The notes beneath the pieces were generated by a model. That model saw only the letters and a program-made list of their open reading frames with translations. It made no database searches and was not told the DNA's origin. 64,000 nt of DNA from Williopsis jadinii (taxonomy: Eukaryota), in NCBI GenBank assembly GCA_024346625.1, contig AP024665.1, positions 1,860,001-1,924,000 of the forward strand, in the 5' to 3' direction. This document shows, piece after piece, positions 10,604 through 21,989 of the stretch. Position numbers and translations under genes: made by a program. Each line of letters opens with the position of its first letter. Within the stretch, counting starts at the first letter, position 1.

Positions 10604-11677
10604 ATGTTGACATTGAGTGTGGCACCTGTGGTTCGTCTTGCGCTGAGGGCTCCACTGAAGCCCTCAGTATTGCTTGGACTGAGATTCCAATCCCGCGTGA
10701 ACAGCAGATCACCGTCTTCATCTTCCACGCCAGCTGCCACGCCAGCTTCCACGCCAGCGTCGCCGTTGGCGCCTAGGAACACCTCCTTCAACAAGACGAT
10801 CCCGGGTGAAACTGAGCAGTCCAACTCGCTGAGCTCGAGATTACCCTCGTGGCCGTTGACCTCCAAGAGCACGCTGTTGCCGAAGCCCGGGGTTCCAACC
10901 TCGCAGACCACGTCACTGCGTTCCATGATGGAGATCCTCAACAAGAAGCACGAGCCTGAGTTGATCTATGAAGCTGAAACACACAAGATATACTTCCTCA
11001 TCTGCGGGTCTCTGGCGGTGATGTTCACGATCTACGGGCTGACGTTTGTAGACTGGGGGTTCAGAGCAGTTTGGGACCTGTACCAGGAGGATGACGATTT
11101 GACAATGTTCGTCGCAAGAATGGGGATGTGTGTGGCGATCATGAGCGTTGCGATGGGTATGATGACGCTGGCGTTGAAGTTTCCAACGAGACTGGTGAGA
11201 AGAATGTGGATTGTCCCCGGTACTAAGGAAAAGTTCATCAGGTTCACTACGCATCCAATGCTGCCTGGGTCCGTGACACCTGTGTATACGATCCCATTGA
11301 GACAGCTGCTGAGAAGTCACAAGTCGAAAATCTTCACTAAGAATGGTATCTATGGGACACTGGACAAGTCCACCTTCTTCTTCCTGTTGAAAGAGACGGA
11401 TAAGAAGTTTGGCTATTGGATCGTTGACAGAAACGGATGGTTCTGGGGAGATGGTCGTGTGTTTGATATTCTGTTTGGTAAGGAAACCTTGGAGGAGGCT
11501 GCGAAGGGTCAGACATATGACGATAAGCTGAAAAAAGTCAATGATAAGTTGACAGAGGAGAGAAACAAGCTGAGAGATGAGCATGGAACCCTATGGCAGG
11601 TTAAGACTTCTGGGAAGATGTTCCAGAAGGATTTGAAGAAGGTTGTTGGTGTTGTAAATAGAAAGAAGCTGAAATGA
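10604..11677 (+). CDS. Mitochondrial inner-membrane protein, probable Mrx15/TMEM223-like
   Basis: First ATG at 10604 gives an R/L/S-rich presequence and two hydrophobic segments; lies near COQ2, as MRX15 (YNR040W) does in S. cerevisiae. Orthology is inferred. Confidence 0.6.
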   Translation: MLTLSVAPVVRLALRAPLKPSVLLGLRFQSRVNSRSPSSSSTPAATPASTPASPLAPRNTSFNKTIPGETEQSNSLSSRLPSWPLTSKSTLLPKPGVPTSQTTSLRSMMEILNKKHEPELIYEAETHKIYFLICGSLAVMFTIYGLTFVDWGFRAVWDLYQEDDDLTMFVARMGMCVAIMSVAMGMMTLALKFPTRLVRRMWIVPGTKEKFIRFTTHPMLPGSVTPVYTIPLRQLLRSHKSKIFTKNGIYGTLDKSTFFFLLKETDKKFGYWIVDRNGWFWGDGRVFDILFGKETLEEAAKGQTYDDKLKKVNDKLTEERNKLRDEHGTLWQVKTSGKMFQKDLKKVVGVVNRKKLK

Positions 11678-13961
11678 TGCGGAGTCATCATTGCAACTAG
11701 TGGTCACCACATGTATATAGAATTGTTGACATATCATCTGTTCAAACCACACTCCGTCCCTCACACTGATACAGGACCAATTGTAGAGATATTTTATGTC
11801 TCCCTGTTTGTATCAGAGACTCTCCTCTCTACCAGCGATATCGTTGTGAGTAATTAAAGGAGTCCATGCTGAGTGCCTTCGAACCAATGGTATGAACGAA
11901 TCAACAATCACACCATACTACGACACTGTAGGAGCCTTCAGTATCAACTTTTCAGCGTAGAAGATATCGAGTTGGTCGCACTTGTGAGTTGTGATGTTCA
12001 TATGTGTTGCAACTTTATCAGCAACGGTTTCGGTCATATGGATTGCCGGTACGTTGTAACCCTTCAGACCTTGAAGATACAGCATTTTTCGTGTTGAATC
12101 TCATCATCGAGTTGGTCTTCCTATGTATGGAGGTTCCCTATAACACTTCCCTTTGCCATGCATTTCTGTCAAACATGAGATGACAATCATTGTTACTACA
12201 AGCTTTAAAAACGATGTGTGGTCTTTACCTTTTGATCAAATGCTCATCATATGGAACAGCACCACCAATCTTGTCCTCTGTCAGAGGCATATCTACTAAA
12301 GGAAGGGGCTCCCCTGTTCAATTGAGCAATGTTTAGGGCCCCTGGGAACAATATTGGGAGTTTGGTGCCATTGTACTAATGAAACGCAGATGAATCATAA
12401 ACTGTCCAGCCAAAGTCCTAAAATTTGCATCATTCCTGGGCCTAGTTATCTGTACCTGGTCAAACACATGTTCTGTTGTAACTGGACGGTTTGCTGGAAC
12501 TATACGGTCTTGATGATCGAGTCTAAAGACTCAATTGACATGAGAAAGACCTGGATTCGAAGGATTCAACTATTCAAACCATATTCACCGTCTTTGTCTT
12601 GAGCTGCACCAGGAAATACTCTCAAATGATCTATTGTTTGATCCACGATTCATCTTTGGACTAGACTATGCTTGTTTCCTCTGAGCTAACTTAGGGAGAG
12701 AGCCAATTGCGTGAGGTATCTCCTGAGCTGGAACTGAGAGTTGATATAAAACGCTGTGTTTCATCCTGTCAGTAAATATCATCGGTTCTGATGACTTTGT
12801 CTGATAACAACAGACTATTCAGATCCCCCTCATTGTACTCTTCAACAGAATCATCTTCCGAACCATCTTTGTTACAACCACCCACATCATGTTCAAGAGT
12901 TGGAAGAATGTCAGGGCCTTGGGCAAGTCCACTCTCATTTCTAACAAAACTTAAAGCCACATGTGCCTGGTCCTCTACGTCCTCTCTATTAGCACTAAAT
13001 CCCTTATTGTAAAACCTCCATCTTCTTGAGATAAGTCATGAGTCCCAGTATTTGCTTTATGGATCAGAAAAAAGGTATAATGGACCTATTGATGGTTGGA
13101 ATTGAGTGCCTTCCTGTGCAGCCATGTACGGCTTCTCCAGCCATAGACCTGACAGTTATCAACGTCGATGCTGACGGACAGAACGAGCTGCAATACTTGC
13201 TTCTTCATCCTCAAAGACTGGTGTGAAACGTTCTCATCTGGCCCTTTTCACTTTAGACAAATTCACAACAGCACTGACAACCACCTCTCTGACCACAGGC
13301 TCGCCATACTGGGCCTCCAACTTGCACCACGACCTTTCGACGTGCTGGCTCAACGTTCGCAGTGAGGTTGGAAGCATTTAACTCACTGTGCAGCTCGCAA
13401 GCACAGGACAGGTGAACAGACAAAGCCATTGATATCATCAGACAGAGCCCAAGTATTAGACCATGCACGTCTCGGTGCTGTTAAAGCGCAGCCTAAAAGA
13501 TAAGGATGATCCGATAGGCATCGTCTCCTATAGCTTTGGTACCAAATAAAGGAGCACATAACAAACAGTCTCGTCCCCTTTGGCTTCTGGAAGTGGTCCA
13601 GGCTCCGTAGATATCATCGATTTTGCAGACACCCAGAATGGATGATGCTCGGAAGAATCCAATGCCCAATAACACCAGAACACCACCAAACCACGAACCG
13701 CATGAGAACGCTGCCTTACATCATCTCAGGAGCCACCTGTTGTGGCAATAAGCAGATACTGGCTCCCTTATAAATCCACGGGGTAAAGCTCTCATAAATG
13801 GATCTCCAATACCATTCACATCCATCAGTATCTAAGTCTTCGTGCAAGCTCCCACGCTTCAAATCCTACGCTGGCGATAGTTCTCGTCGGCCGGGACTAC
13901 TTCAAGTAAACCTGCATAATGCGGAAAAGCATTTAGTCTATGGGTTGCGTATCTTAACAAC

Positions 13962-14562
13962 TAAGGTCCTCTTCATCTCTCACTACCACAGCTTGTTTGG
14001 ACCACGGTGCTATTATGGTTTGTGCCCCCAATGACAGGCATGTGAGGATGAGAAGAAGCCATCATGGCTGCAGCACATCGGACGGGGCTTATATACTACC
14101 AGGTCCACGAGTGCATAGGTGAGTTTGGAGACGTCAGCGACGGCCATGTGTCTGATATCGGTGCTATGGGCCAGTAGGACTCGATCCTGGGCTATGTACA
14201 AGGCCAGGACCCTGGGAAGTACAAGGCCAGGATCCTGGGAAGTACAAAGGTGATGTGAGGGTGTATGATTGAAACAAGAACAACTGTGTGAGGCACACGA
14301 ACAGAGAGGCCGGGACGACGTTCCTGCTCTGTAATCAGCCAAAGTTGTATCCATGAGAGGTTGATGGTGATGGTTTAGAAAGATCTACGACGACAATAGC
14401 GATTCCAGAAGACTCTACTCTCACTGCCTGTGCGAAGAGCCTGGTCTCGGTGCTGAGGCCAAGATCTGGGAATCCATGAAATGGTTACTGTGCAATCATG
14501 GAGACATCATGATTGAAGGGCTCACAGGCCCAGAGCTGTGTCGTAAGAAAGCTTCAGATCAC
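13962..14562 (+). pseudogene. Decayed 3'-half copy of the adjacent MNN2-like mannosyltransferase
   Basis: Colinear nucleotide similarity to about 16531-17110 (e.g. tgctgaggccaagatctgggaatccatg in both); carries stops, indels and a 23-bp tandem duplication at 14197-14242. Confidence 0.9.
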
Positions 14563-15250
14563 CACAAGAGTTCGCCCTGGAGACACCTCTACAACGACCC
14601 ACTACGCCACTCTCTGTCCGCAACCTGGGCAGCTGCTGGAACGCTAACTTCAGCATATCAGTGCAAGATTCAGCAGGGCTAATCACAGCGCACAGGCACA
14701 CGCATCTCTCTGCTTTCGCTCAAGCTCAACACTCAATCCTCATGCTCACAGACACTGCTTTGCCACAACTGATTGATATGAGATGACCCCTGTTCTCGCT
14801 CATGGGTGCCATCCAAAGCTCTCTAACCCGGATACGTCGAGCCGTCGAACCTGCCTACCGTTGTAGACTGCGATTACACCGTTGAAAGAGAGAGAGAGCT
14901 ACAGGTGAGGCTACGATTTAGCCTATACACTATCACCATCCTCCGCTAACACCCTTTCAAGCTCTTTCATTGAATGAAGATGTGCTGAGACAGCTGAGAG
15001 CACCTGGAATGGTGGAAAAGGCTCTACACTGCCAGTATGGATCTCCTCGATGGTGTATATGTATTTCTCTCTCGGGAAAATACACGTAGACAGCACGGAG
15101 CTTATGCTGTTCGGACCGGCGATTTTTGCTGCTTTTATGTCTGAGACAGCGTACTATTTCATCAACAAAGATTTCAGAGAGTTCCCCTTTAAGCACCATC
15201 CTTTGACCACTGTTGGCCGTTGTTACCGTGGTCTCTGCTCTCTTACCAAA

Positions 15251-17158
15251 ATGATCAATACGAGATATTGGTATCGCTTGGTTGCTAGCAAACTCGCCGT
15301 GAGCGGTCGTGCGAAGATCAGATTCGTTGTGTTGCTTACAGTGGCTTCAGTGCTGGTGTGTTTACAGCTGGTGTACCCCCATTTCAGTTCCACAGCTTTG
15401 AACAAATCGCACATCTCCACTGATGAGCCGCTGAAAACACGTTACCGCAACCCGTATTTCGAATCTGAGAATGGGTTCCAAGTCATCGTGCAACAGAACG
15501 GTAGACGTCCCACATTGGAAGGTGACGTCCACACCATTTCGGACTACACTGAGAAGGAGTACTATCTCAACGCCCAATACCCAGAATACACGAATCAGGA
15601 GCAACTCGACGCTGGACTGGATACGAAGTCAACATTCAAGGAGTTTGTCTCGGAGCTGTTGGAAAATGTTCTTAGCTCAGACCCTAACATTGAGCCTATC
15701 AACAATGCTGGGCACTACAACAAGTCCAATGTCTATGGGAAAACAGGCTCTGGTAAGGTGCCATTGCTTTCTGGTAAGCTCCGTGAGAACAAGGGTAATG
15801 AGCCAATTAGAAGCAAAGAATACCTCAGAAGTTACATGCAGCTCAGTGAGGATGAGATGGCCAAGTTGACGGCTTCACATAAGAGAATCGTGGAACTTCT
15901 CCCTGATAAGTTCCCAGATGAGTTCGAGAAGAACTTCAAGCGTAGAGGTATACTCTATGCAGGTGGTGGTAAGTACAACTGGTTGGTGCTACTTTCACTG
16001 GTGATGCTGAGAAACACAGGTTCCAGATTACCAGTGGAGGTGTTCATCCCTAGTAATTCCGAGTACTCCTCTGAGCTGTGTAAAAGAGTGTTTCCTGTGT
16101 TTGGTGCTGAATGCCTGCTCATGGACAAATATGCTGACGTCCAAAAGTTCGAGTTTAAGGGGTATCAGTTGAAGTCGATGGCATTACTGCTGACATCGTT
16201 TGAGGAGGTGCTGATGCTTGACTCTGATAACATCCCTGTGAAGAACCCTGATCTTCTTTTCGTCAATGAACCTTTCAAATCTAAAGGAATGGTTGTTTGG
16301 CCGGACTTTTGGAGACGTTCCACAAGTCCGCTGTACTATGATATTGCCAATATCACCGTCAATGAGACTCATCAGGTCCGATTCTCTTATGGAGATGAGC
16401 GTGATCACCCACAGCCTTTGAATACTCACGAAGACTACGAGTGGAAAGTCTCCTTTCACGATTTAGAGGGTGCATTGCCTGAGGCCTCTTCAGAGACCGG
16501 GCAGCTCATGATCAATAAGAAAACACATGCAAAGGCCATTTTCCTCTCTCTCTACTACAACTTCTTTGGACCAGGGTACTATTACGGTTTGTTCTCCCAA
16601 GGACAGGCAGGTGAAGGTGACAAAGAAACCATCTTGGCTGCAGCACATAAGATGGGGCTTCCATACTACCAGGTTCAAGAATACATCCGCGAGTTCGGAG
16701 ACGTCAACAACGGCCATGTGTCCGATATCCATGCCATGGGTCAGTACGATTCAATTCTGGACTATATACAAAGCCAGGACCCTGAAAAGTACAAAGATGA
16801 TAAAACGGTATACAATAGAAACGGTAACAACTATCTGAGACACAAGTACAGAGAATCCGAGACGATGTTCCTGCACTGTAATCAACCAAAGTTGTATCCA
16901 TGGGAGCTTGATGGTAATGGGTTTAGAAAGATCCACGACGACAACGGTAATACCAGAAGACTCTACTCTCATTACCTGCGCCAGGAGCTGGGTTTTGATG
17001 CTGAGGCCAAGATCTGGGAATCCATGCAATGGTTACTGTGCAAACATGGTGACATCATGATTGAAGGGCTGAAAGATCCAGAGCTGTGGTGTAGGAAGGT
17101 TACAGATCAGTTACAATGGCTAAGGGCTCATCCAGAAGACATTGAGATCAAAGAATAA
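15251..17158 (+). CDS. Alpha-1,2-mannosyltransferase, GT71 Mnn2/Mnn5 family
   Basis: Type II TM anchor; GILYAGGGKY, LMLDSDNIP (DxD intact), WPDFWRRSTSP, ETGQLMINK, GEGDKET. Start placed at aaaATG 15251; the frame is open from 15050. Confidence 0.92.
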   Translation: MINTRYWYRLVASKLAVSGRAKIRFVVLLTVASVLVCLQLVYPHFSSTALNKSHISTDEPLKTRYRNPYFESENGFQVIVQQNGRRPTLEGDVHTISDYTEKEYYLNAQYPEYTNQEQLDAGLDTKSTFKEFVSELLENVLSSDPNIEPINNAGHYNKSNVYGKTGSGKVPLLSGKLRENKGNEPIRSKEYLRSYMQLSEDEMAKLTASHKRIVELLPDKFPDEFEKNFKRRGILYAGGGKYNWLVLLSLVMLRNTGSRLPVEVFIPSNSEYSSELCKRVFPVFGAECLLMDKYADVQKFEFKGYQLKSMALLLTSFEEVLMLDSDNIPVKNPDLLFVNEPFKSKGMVVWPDFWRRSTSPLYYDIANITVNETHQVRFSYGDERDHPQPLNTHEDYEWKVSFHDLEGALPEASSETGQLMINKKTHAKAIFLSLYYNFFGPGYYYGLFSQGQAGEGDKETILAAAHKMGLPYYQVQEYIREFGDVNNGHVSDIHAMGQYDSILDYIQSQDPEKYKDDKTVYNRNGNNYLRHKYRESETMFLHCNQPKLYPWELDGNGFRKIHDDNGNTRRLYSHYLRQELGFDAEAKIWESMQWLLCKHGDIMIEGLKDPELWCRKVTDQLQWLRAHPEDIEIKE

Positions 17159-19929
17159 GAAGAATCTAAGAGCGAGGGTACATGAACTCGTTAGCTGATT
17201 GATGGTGAGATCCTTTCTTTGAATTCAGGTGTTGTCATTTGTGTTTATTGTTTGAATATAGAAATAGAAGTTGTATACCATTTAAAAAAGTTGACTAAGT
17301 ATGGAGAGGAAGATTGTTGAATATTATTCATAAACTACTTTTCCCCATTAAGCTTTTTCATTGCGTCCTATATGTATATTGTCACGAGCATTTGTCAACG
17401 AGGCCAAAACACGAATATTTCTATCCACCAGCTACACGTTTCATGTTGTTGACAGGAATCACAACGACTTGGATGGTTTGAAACCAAAAAAGCCAGTGCA
17501 GTCCTCCACAGGCCTGTGTTTGTGCGTCATACAGTTAGTGGAAACATTGCTTCAAGACCCTACTATTTGAACTAAAATACGAAAGTCTGAAGATGACTTT
17601 TATTTTGAGTCCCATGGATGGCATGTTTGATTTGAGGCTTTACCTTAAGGGATTAACATTTCACACCAAGACATTGGCGCCAACACTAGGAAGCTCAAAA
17701 TCTGCCCATCATCGGCAAGAAGGTCTTAAAATGGATACGCGTTGAATTTCTTCCATGTCTTCCGAAAGGCGATATAGCTCATGCCCGTCATAAAATAGAG
17801 AGCCTTGAAACTTGAATTTCTACAAAATTTCAGGACTAAATGCGGGTCAAGTTTCAGACCGTACTGGGACTTACACCAGAGCATTGACACTAGAAGCAGT
17901 TCTACTATACGTGTTCAATTGAACTTCAATCTGAGACCCTTGTGATGTCATTATTTATCATGTGAGTTCCAGTTAGAATTATTAGAGTTCACTGCCAACT
18001 TGCAGAACTGGAAAGGTTAAACCCAAAAAAAAAGTCGGAAATTTTTGACTTGCGTTTATCTCCTGCACATTGATGCGGGAAGTTTTTACAAAACAGACGA
18101 TCACCAGTAAAAGAGTCTTGAAATTTTTCGTAAAGAGTTCGGGTCTAGGATTTACATTTCTATGCGTCGTTGCTGTAGTTATTCAAGGTTAATGAAGGTC
18201 AGGTATAAGCACTGTGAATCAACCTCCATCTAATGTGCTGTGCAATAAGACCTTTCTATGGCATTCTACCCCATTGAGTGACGATCACAAGGACTGAATC
18301 TCAATCCTCCAGTTTACAGCGCAACTGCTCCTTCCTCGACATTTCAGAGACTCGTTCCGAAAGGTTTGTGCCCGTTGTGTTACATCAAGCTGTTTACTAC
18401 TCCCTGGCAGACTGACCATATCTAAATGACTTCGTAAAATATTTCGGACCAAGCAGACATCCCGATCACCATTGATGAGAACAGGAAATTATCGCAAACT
18501 TGCGAAAAAAAACTACAAAAACAGGTTTGAAATCAGCTACTGTTCTGGTGACGAGGGGGTCTATAGGTGCAATTCCACTACGACTATCGTGCTTGGAGTA
18601 TTGCGAGCCCCCGTACGAATCGATGTGTTGATAATTGAAAACAAGGTTGCTGCGAAGACTTTCAATTATACCGTGCTCAAAGAAAAGCATTATCGAACGC
18701 CTTCCTGAATTGGGTGCAATTTGCCAGGCTTAGCCTCAGGTGTCCTTCTTATTCGAGTATTGAACAATCTCCTTGACTGTAATAAGATTCCATTGAACAG
18801 TGATAGGCATCTGGAATGACTAATGGAGAATATGAAAGGTGGAGAAGACGTTCTAACCTCACCACCAAAGGAAGAGGCAAGATATCAAATAGGACAATAA
18901 CGATGCCCAAGCGTTCAACCATGAGGAGAAAGGAATGAAAGAAGAAGCCTTCTTAAAGTGATTACTGACAACATTTCCCCTACTTGTAACATAGAAACAG
19001 GAGGCAGCATGGTTAGATGTTTGCATCAAAAAGAAAAATACAACGCATCTCTACTGGCAATGGTCTATAATGTTTTGTCCCAAATAACGTTTCTCTAACA
19101 CCAAGCCCCAAAGCTGGTAATCAAGCTATTTCCCTGGGCTTGAATTCAGGGTTCGTTATACCTCTACTCAACAATAGCAGATCGTTGGATGGTTGCCTAA
19201 GCAGATCATCAACACCATGCAAGTCCTGATCCTCATCATGCCAACCGAACTGCAAATCAATCAAAGCCCCATGTAAGCATCTCTAAGACACACATATAAT
19301 CACCACCGTCTTCCATTGATAACTCTGTTAATTCAACTAAGAAATGGGAGAATTGGCCGCCCAGAACGGATGTTGGTATTCCCTATGGCATCAATATACT
19401 GCCATTAGTGACAATCACATCCATACCTCTAGGAATCTCAGATGTGAAGAGTTGGTTACTCATCTACCTCTCAAAACTCTATTGCGCTCCAGCAGTAGTA
19501 GTAGCTGTTGTTGTGATTCTTTCATAGGCCTGGCATACGTAACCATGCGTCTTCTGACTACATTTTCTGTAAAAACATCAAAATTCCACTTCCAAGGATT
19601 TTCGCCATTTTTCCAAAACTGATCTAAATAGGGAAAGTTTGCACAATATTTTGCATTTCCCATATCTGCAAGTTGCTAGTGGACACACTAATCAGTAGTG
19701 AGCCAATAAGGGACTATACATATGCTGACTGATGCATAATTCTAGGTCACATATGCAGAAAGGCGAGTATCTGCAAAAACTTGTATATATTTTTTTGCAA
19801 CTGAAGCAAGATCCCACTCCTTCTAATTCGGCGTTTCTACTCCCTTGGAGTTTTGATGACGATCCTTCTGTTGGCGTGTTTTCTATCCCACTTGCAAATT
19901 CTATCAGGTCGAGTAAGACTTACAAAACA

Positions 19930-21891
19930 ATGAGTCTACATCGTTCTATTAACGGGATAATACACATTGTTAGGCGAAACGGTGATTTGACCCTAATGAA
20001 AGGCAACAGATGGAGGCTGATTCTTGTGTCTCTTTTTTCCGTACTGTTGTTCACCACACTGCTTAGATGGGATAGTTCATCTACAGCCAGCGAACAAAGC
20101 GTCATAGAGCTACCACATGGCCTGCAACCGTACTATAAAGACGTGCTCAAAAAATCGCAAACATTGACGTTCGAAGACAAATGTATTCAATACTTCAAGG
20201 GGCTCGAAGACAAGTCTGAGGTTCCAACATTTGCATCGACATGGGTGCTATCACCATCTGAGAAAGCAGCTAACAAAGAAGGTGAGAAAGTCTCGAAGGA
20301 AAGTACCTCAAAGCTCACAAGCCAAAGCGAGGATTTGAAGAAGCTTATCACAGATACAAGGGTATATTCTCAATGTTTCATACACTACAACATTTTCGGC
20401 AGCAATGGCTGGTCTTTCAGTAAAGGAGGCTCGCAGAAGAATCTCAAGCACCATTTGTCAAACGATTTCGGCATCAAGTTGTTCCCTTGGTGCTCTCAAC
20501 TGAAAGCACAACTCAAAAGAATTACCAATAATGGGGTATCCTTTGAACACAACGTCCCAGTTCTCGACAAAGATTTTACTGAGCCCGATTTACTGGCTTC
20601 GTTCTTCCAGAACTTGAGAAGCTCCAAAAATGGTAGAGGTGTTGTGATTCCTGTGCTTTCAAAGACCGGCTTTGAGAATTCTTTGAGATTGATCAAGCTT
20701 TTAAGATTCTTTGCAATTGATATCCCAGTGCAAATTGTCCATTTGGGTGTGCTTTCTGAGGAGCAAGAGTCTCAATTGCAGTCCGCGATGAACAGAAGAA
20801 TTGAAACATCTGACCTTCCACTTGAATCTGTGGATTCTATGCCACCAGGGTATGATTTTGGATTCCCACCTTTGACACAGGTGTGGTCTATGGACATATC
20901 TGCGACACTGCATTTGGGTTATGGTGACCTCCTTGACAAAAATACTTTCAACGCTGCTGCTTTGTTGTTCACATCATTCAAAGATGCAATTTTGATTGAT
21001 CCATCAACAGTGCCTACGAAACGACTCTTTGAGATCTTGGATAGTCCTTTATTGAAGAAATACGGTGCATATTTCTTTGGTAACTACAGACTAAGAGACA
21101 AAGTGGAGCTCAATGAATTAAAGCTGTTCAAAGAATTGCTACCAAGTGACGTCGATAGAGCCGTTTTTGATATGGAGACTGTCGATCTCAGCCTATTAAA
21201 TACCACCAGATTCTTTGCAGATTCAAGATCTTACAGCACCTCTAATGACGTTATTTTCCTCGATACAAAGCGGTATACTACTGGGCTACTGATAGCAGTA
21301 CAGCTGAAATATGCAAAGTTGGAACTCGTGACGAAAGGGCTGAACGGTGATATCAATTGGCTTTCACTTCTATCATCTGGTGCCACTGAAGCGGTCCCTA
21401 TCCACGATATTCCAGTAGCAGTTGTCGGTGAATTCACCCATCAAACAAATCGTGAGACCCACAAATCTGTATCTGAAGAGATTTGTTCGGTTCATAGGGC
21501 ATATCTTGATTCACTCGATGGTGACCTTCTTCAAAGTGTCTTGTTCTTTACCAATGGTGCTATAAACTGTGATGAAGATGTGGATGTTGAAGAGGAGACT
21601 TCTAAAAAGTTCTACAGCTCTTTCAAAAATAAGAATCAATTCCTACGTGCTAGAACAAATCTCATCGACATCATTGTACCTAAACCGCAAGAGCTGGACA
21701 AGCAAAACGATTTGGGTGAAGTTGCTGAATTCATCTCGCAAAAGGCTGGGTTATGCGGTGGTACTGCAATGTGTGCCTATAATATTATCGGTGCTCAAAA
21801 GGATGAAAAGTACCATTCATTTATCAAAAGCTTCCAAGATAGTGACCGTGTTTTATATGACACTATCTCAAGAGTTTGGTGGGATCTTTAA
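19930..21891 (+). CDS. GT71 Mnn1/Mnt-like type II membrane protein with degenerate catalytic motifs
   Basis: TM anchor, KC.QYF, RVYSQCF, NGRGVVIP, IPVQIVH, EICSVHRAY and C-terminal MCAYN fit the Mnn1 family layout; the DxD position reads DPS. Start could also be 19996. Confidence 0.82.
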   Translation: MSLHRSINGIIHIVRRNGDLTLMKGNRWRLILVSLFSVLLFTTLLRWDSSSTASEQSVIELPHGLQPYYKDVLKKSQTLTFEDKCIQYFKGLEDKSEVPTFASTWVLSPSEKAANKEGEKVSKESTSKLTSQSEDLKKLITDTRVYSQCFIHYNIFGSNGWSFSKGGSQKNLKHHLSNDFGIKLFPWCSQLKAQLKRITNNGVSFEHNVPVLDKDFTEPDLLASFFQNLRSSKNGRGVVIPVLSKTGFENSLRLIKLLRFFAIDIPVQIVHLGVLSEEQESQLQSAMNRRIETSDLPLESVDSMPPGYDFGFPPLTQVWSMDISATLHLGYGDLLDKNTFNAAALLFTSFKDAILIDPSTVPTKRLFEILDSPLLKKYGAYFFGNYRLRDKVELNELKLFKELLPSDVDRAVFDMETVDLSLLNTTRFFADSRSYSTSNDVIFLDTKRYTTGLLIAVQLKYAKLELVTKGLNGDINWLSLLSSGATEAVPIHDIPVAVVGEFTHQTNRETHKSVSEEICSVHRAYLDSLDGDLLQSVLFFTNGAINCDEDVDVEEETSKKFYSSFKNKNQFLRARTNLIDIIVPKPQELDKQNDLGEVAEFISQKAGLCGGTAMCAYNIIGAQKDEKYHSFIKSFQDSDRVLYDTISRVWWDL

Positions 21892-21989
21892 CTTCAATTG
21901 AAAACGGGCTTATATAATGTAGGATTTATGAGGTAGTATCTCATACTGTTATTCACTTCTTATAAATGCATTTTAATTGTTATTACATA

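Noticed and set aside
12769..12960. Resemblance of LPTLE…DDSVEEYNEGDLNSLLLS to a Brf1 C-terminal block
   Set aside because: Similarity is limited to an acidic low-complexity stretch and no other Brf1 motifs are visible; kept only as an unidentified relic.
15050..15250. Upstream in-frame ATGs extending the Mnn2-like protein (similarly 19732-19929 and the TTG start at 28672)
   Set aside because: They would give unusually long cytosolic tails for type II Golgi proteins; downstream ATGs sit just before the TM anchors. Not proven without TSS data.
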